Below, one piece after another: positions 21,256 through 26,363 of a DNA stretch of 26,363 nucleotides. Made by a program: the position numbers and the translations under genes. Position 1 is the first letter of the stretch; every line of letters begins with the position of its first letter. The notes below the pieces were generated by a model. It was not told where the DNA came from, did no database searches, and worked only from the letters and a program-made list of their open reading frames with translations. The stretch is from Spirogloea muscicola. Taxonomy: Eukaryota. The DNA is taken from NCBI GenBank assembly GCA_009602725.1, contig WELB01000016.1, positions 275,149-301,511 of the forward strand, read 5' to 3'.

Positions 21256-22645
21256 TCATGATTCTTTGTCTTTGGTCTTGGGCGCTTTCTTGGACAGCTT
21301 CCAGTAAGCGATCCTGGCAATCTTGTAGAACCAGAACAGACTAATTGCCTGAATGCCGAGTGCGCCAATCTGCACGTTACAGTTGCCACGACGATATTAA
21401 GGCCAGCCAATACCCCAATAATTCATGTCTTCCATATGAGCTGGCCTTACAGGAGAGGTATTTCTAGGCAAGACAGACCACATATGCTTGGCACAACCTG
21501 CCTGCTGTGGAAGGGACACACCTTGATGCCAAGAGTGGACTGGCCATTGAGGGTCTTGTACGTGACATATGGACCGACAAGAAGCCGCGCGAATGTGAAA
21601 GTAATAGCAAAGAGCACCTGCAGAGAAGTAGCTTGCAAGGTATCAGTGGCGGTGGGGTACTCACGCAGCCTGGGCTTGAGACTTTCTTTGCTGTCACAAG
21701 CTCTCTGATGAACTCGCAAACTGATACGAGAACGTAGCACTGCTGCTGAGAGGGCGTGGCAAGTGGAGCTGCATTTCGCGCACGTCATTGAGTTCGGCGA
21801 TGGGCGTGCCCTTCATGCCCAGCTCCTTGAGCATCTCACGGGCGTGCATGAATGGGTTGGACAGCTCCATGAGCCATAGGCAGGCCACCAGCTCAGTGCC
21901 CGACTGCACTCACAAGCGAGTGTCAGCACCGCATAAGCTGCAAAAACCCACAACACTTGGGATAAGCGCAAGCGATCTTGCAGCCAGCCACAGGTGTAGG
22001 CAAGCCGGCAACGGCGGCAACCTACCCTTCCGGAGTAGATGCCCTGTGCGAAGCCGAGGATGCTGAGCGCGTGGTGCGCAGTAGTGGACCAGTCGGAGGG
22101 GTCCGCGCACAGGCAGCACACCGTGTCGTAGATGAAGTAGGAGAGGCTGATGACCATGGCCAGCATCTGCGGCCCGCGGCACCGACGACGGCGTGAGCTC
22201 CGGCGCCGACGGCGGCAGGCTCGGCTACAGCAGGAGCCACAACTCATTGCTTTTACAGCAATGCTGGGCTGACGGCTCGAAGCCAGCGGCAGGCAGCGAG
22301 GTTCCAAATCTGGCAATGGGCAATGGCTAACGACGTCAACGCCGGCGGCCCAGATCAGCGCTGCACCTGCTCCTTGGTGTTGGGGGCGCCGACGGAGCGG
22401 AGGGGTTCGGCCCAGTCGGCGACGGAGAGCGAGGCGAGGGCGAGGGCGACGGCGACGTGCACGAGGGAGACGGCGCGGTTGGCGAAGTCGAAGGAGCGGG
22501 CGGGGAGGAGGATGTGGCGCAGGTGGAGGAAGAGGAGGCCCCACAGGAGGCTGTACGCGCCCACGTCCGCCGCCAGGCCGCCCGCCTCGCCGTCGCTCAT
22601 CTCCCGCCACGGCGTCCCGAACACGCCCGGCACCGGCAGCCCCAT
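21256..22645 (-). CDS. TLC (TRAM/LAG1/CLN8) domain multi-pass membrane protein, TMEM136/TLCD5-like, about 249 aa
   Basis: Exons 22645-22367, 22166-22026, 21903-21784, 21617-21522, 21369-21256; all phase 0. RSFDFANRAVSLVH, SLSYFIYD, AHH, GTELVACLWLMELSNPFMHAREMLKELG, FAITFTFARL, SLFWFYKIARIAYWKL. Confidence 0.93.
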
Positions 22646-22680
22646 GGCCGCCGCCGCCGCCGCCGAGGGCCCGCCTTCCC

Positions 22681-22908
<228 letters not shown>

Positions 22909-23041
22909 GCCGCCGCCGCCGCCGCCACCAGCCGCGGCCAGGCCCCGCTTCCGGCCCCGCCTGAGCCCCGCTTGCCACGGCACCGCGTCGCGCGGGCCCT
23001 GACGGCGGCCATGGGGGGCGGCAGCGGCGACGGTGGAGGTG

Positions 23042-25152
23042 ATGGAGGCGGAGGTGGCGAACGCAGCGGGCATGCCGGTGCACTCGCAGAAGGTGCTGCT
23101 GGGCCTGCTGGGCGCCAGCCTCGTGGCCGCTGGCCGCCTGGCCTGCAACCCCTTCGGCGGCGCCGCCGCCTGCGTGCCGCTGGCCGCCAACTCGCCTCTC
23201 CTCCGCCAGTGCCCGCACGCCCATGCCGCCGTCGACTGCGCCTTCCGCGCCGAGGCCCTGGAGGAGCAGGCCGACGACCCCAACGACGCCCTGCGCCAGC
23301 GGCTCGCCGACGAGGGTGCGCGCCAGAGCTACCGCACTGACCCCGCAAACCTCGGTCTCTGCCTTTGCATCCGCCTTTGGCTGACTGGGTCTCCATCTGC
23401 ATCGTGCCTTGACAGGCTACCCGCCATGCCCGGCGTGCCTAGACGCACTGCACGAGTTCTGGTGCGGCCAGACGGTGCCCGCGTGCGGCACCTTCGACCA
23501 CGTCCTGACGGAAGCCCTGGTAAGTCAGCCTCACACTCCAACTTGGTGTGGTCCAGGTCATGACCCAATAGATGTAGCCTGTCGTGCCGCATCTTTGGAA
23601 TCATTCTTGAAAGCCCTTGTCCCTCTCACTTCAGCGTCAAGGCATATTCTTCTTATCTCGTCGTGTGATATAATTGCGTGAAGCAGCATCAACGTGTCCT
23701 GTAGCTGGGTTGCTCTGCACTCCTTCCTGCGCAGCCGGTCGTGGATGAGGTGGCAACCCAGCATCTCCAGCTCAAGGAGGCCCTGCAGAGCCACGTGCCC
23801 CGTATGTTGGAGGGTGCCAGCCTCGGCCTTCCGTGCCGGGAGATGTGCTACCACATCACCAACACATGCAGCTGCGGGATCAACACCACCTTCGGTGCGG
23901 TGAGGACATGGCCACGACTCCTTGTAGGCGCCTTCTAGCTGACAGAGAGGCAGATCAATGAGACGCCAGACGATGAGAGAGCCATTAAGGCCCAGGTGGT
24001 TTATTCCAGGCCACAACCCAAGTGAAAGGCTGTGCCTTCTTGCTCCGCATTTGTTGCATGGAAGCCTGCACATAGCATGTTGAGACATTGGATATGGGGG
24101 CCTCTGCTTGCCTGCAGGTCATGACTAGCCTGGAGAAAAAGCAGCGTGCCCAACTGCAAGAGGCTTCTGCCGAGTACCGCACCAACATGTCAAGAAAGAC
24201 TGCGCGCACCTTCTTTTATGATGTGTGGGACAAGGATGTGTGCGACCTCTTTGCCTCTAAGGACTTTCCAGGCTTCATCGGGGTGTGCCATATGCCACAG
24301 GAAGGGGCGGACAAGTGCAGCTGGTGCCAAGGGAGAGACTGGCAGAGGAAACGGCCTCACGATATCCAAGAGCAAATTGTGGCACAAATCGCCCAAACTG
24401 TCTCGGGAATGATGCAGGTACAGTTACTACCGTCTCCTATCAATCTCATCTCAGCCATGTCAAGGGTGTACTTGAGTGTCCATTATCAATGAGTCAGTGT
24501 ATCATCGATGTCTCTTGCTGCTGATTTACATAGCCTATTGCCTTTGAAAGCTGAAGTCAGCACGTTGAGGTTTGGATCACATTGACTCCCGTGCATGCAT
24601 CTTCTAGTGAGACTGTCTGTATCAATCACGTGGTCAGCAATGCAGGAACCAGGGCTATGTATGCAGACTCGAGACACACGGACAAGTTGCCAAGTCCAGA
24701 AGCACTTCTAGAAAATGGGCCTTGACAAAGTCCCTGTATCTGCATTACTATGGTCCGAATACTGTAGCAGTAGATTGCAGTAGTGGCTTCTGTTGGTTGA
24801 CTGAGAGGCCTCAGCATGGCCTAGGCCTAATTGCTCACACTGACGTTCGCTGCTGTCCATGGACCTTGGGGCTCAGGCTGGCCTGCAGCAACTGCTGAGC
24901 GCAGCAGGCGGAGTGAGCGGCAACAAGAACAACAATGATGTGGCATTTGACTGGCAATCGGAGCAAGCAACAGACCCAAACCGTCGCGGTGGTGGAGGGG
25001 GGGGAGGTGCTGGCATGGTGATACTGTTGCTCCTGGTGGTCATTGCGTCTGTGGCTGTCGGGGGAGGCGCTGTCTACTTCTTCCAGCAGGGGCGGGACAA
25101 CTCACAGTACGTGGATCTGAGTAGTATGGGTTACAACCCCCCAATTCTCTGA
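23042..25152 (+). CDS. Uncharacterised single-pass (type I-like) membrane protein with a Frizzled-type cysteine-rich ectodomain, about 360-372 aa; 5' end uncertain
   Basis: Exons (23042 or 23072)-23315, 23416-23519, 23735-23899, 24118-24417, 24877-25152; GT-AG, phases consistent, no internal stops. Motifs CVPL...C, CLDALHEFWCGQTVPAC, LPCREMCYHITNTC, CDLF...C. C-terminal TM MVILLLLVVIASVAVGGGAVYFF and a 22-aa tail. Confidence 0.85.
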
Positions 25153-26049
25153 GTGAAGGTGCATGTCCGCCAGGCGCAGTGCAATGCCCTCTGCCAAGAT
25201 CAATATTGGCTGAGGAATTGAGACCTGTTGCAAACTGTGTCCTGGCTTGAAAGACTGGATCTGGAGGCTTGCTTGATAAGTTGACGTCAACAAGCTTGAG
25301 ATTGCTGCGTGATTTGTCAATCGCTGTACTTATTGGCGTCACTCAATGCAGGTCATTGATCGAGGCAGTTCTTGGCCGTTTGGGCTACTCCAGCCTGGCG
25401 GATAGGGAGCCTGCCACTGCGAGCCTCTGATTGAGCTATAATTTACAAATCTGTTGTCATTTGTGGGTCGTCGCAATCCAGTGCCTTCACTGCATACGGG
25501 TCAGACTAATCCAGTAGTACCAACCTGCAAGCAGCAGGTCTTACCTAGTGCGCAGGTGTCAAAAGCAGTTATGTATATGGACTCTAATAATCCATTCAGG
25601 CCTGTGGTTGCTGTGGAGTATTTGTTTCTCACCATGCATGTGGATCACAGCTCACAGTAACCGGGCCACCAGAGTCAGAGGGTGAATCCTCTTCCAAGCC
25701 TAGCACACGTTCAAATATTTATCGACAGCTGTGCTGCTGACGACTCCGCAGCGGCCCATGACTCGTCCACTTACTGGCATTCGTCCTTGCAATCGTCAGT
25801 GAGCGTCTCTGTCTGGCTAAGATCTGAACTATGTGCCTCGTGTCCGTTCAGCTGTGAAGTTGCGCATGACTACTGTTGATAGAATGGGACAAAGCAAGGC
25901 TGGCGAGCTGCAATGCAGGTTCAGATGCAACGTGTCGGCGTGCGCCCGTGCTGGAAGCCGTCTGGCTGCTGCCCAGGTTGCTCCAGTGCTGCGCTACGAA
26001 GTGCTACCGCTCCACAGTGCCAAGTAATAGCTGCTCCTCGAACTTGCTC

Positions 26050-26363
26050 GACAGAGTGTGCGACAGTCGCGCCAGAGGAGGCAGCTCAGGCCGCTGGTGG
26101 GCTCGCAGCCCTGCGCCCCGAGGCGGAAGGCGCAGTAGTGGCAGCGAGCCATGCCAGCGTGGGCGGCGGCGGCGGCGGAGGCGGCGGCGGCGGCGGCGGC
26201 GGCAGCGAAGGCGGCGGCAGCGGCGAAGGTGGCAGTGGTTTCGGGCCCTGGGGTAGGGCTAGGGTTAGCGGCGGCAACGACCGGTCCTGACGGCTGGCGC
26301 GGGCGCGCCACGTGGCCAGCCACGCCGCCACTCAGCAAACGGTCTCCACCACCACCCCCCCCC
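26050..26363. promoter_or_regulatory. Start of a fifth GC/CpG-rich island with (GGC)n, telo-box-like CTAGGGTT (26259-26266) and a perfect G-box palindrome GCCACGTGGC (26307-26316)
   Basis: Composition and motifs are directly visible. Promoter function is inferred by analogy with the four other islands. Confidence 0.55.

Noticed and set aside
23042..25152. True Frizzled/Smoothened GPCR
   Set aside because: Only one C-terminal TM helix and a 22-aa tail; no 7-TM region or KTxxxW motif.
25606..25620. TCCACAGC on the minus strand resembling the miR396 5' end
   Set aside because: Only 8 nt match and the remainder diverges; chance level.
26251..26270. CTAACCCTAG on the minus strand as a telomerase RNA template or telomere remnant
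   Set aside because: Only about two degenerate units in a GC island, with no USE/TATA Pol III promoter or T-run terminator visible. A telo-box is the simpler explanation.

Overview
Eukaryotic nuclear DNA with intron-rich genes (all introns I resolved are GT-AG). The land-plant-like CDKC, RETICULATA-family and plastid S20 genes point to a streptophyte, most likely a charophyte green alga (inference). I reconstructed the exons by hand from splice sites and frame continuity. The window holds four consecutive head-to-head gene pairs, each sharing a GC/CpG-rich island, with CpG-poor gene bodies between them: (1) a decayed SGNH-hydrolase-like pseudogene (-) and SDF2 (+); (2) a RETICULATA/DUF3411-family plastid protein (-) and plastid ribosomal protein S20 (+); (3) CDKC (-) and a type II prohibitin (+); (4) a TLC-domain membrane protein (-) and an unrecognised single-pass membrane protein (+). 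The ectodomain of that last protein carries the ten-cysteine spacing of a Frizzled-type cysteine-rich domain, and it is the most interesting item. A fifth island starts at the right edge with no obvious leftward gene. The left 4 kb contains Ty1/copia relics, including a doubly folded-back RT fragment. There are two assembly gaps (12360-12671 and 22807-22908). No database searches were possible, so family calls rest on motif recognition.
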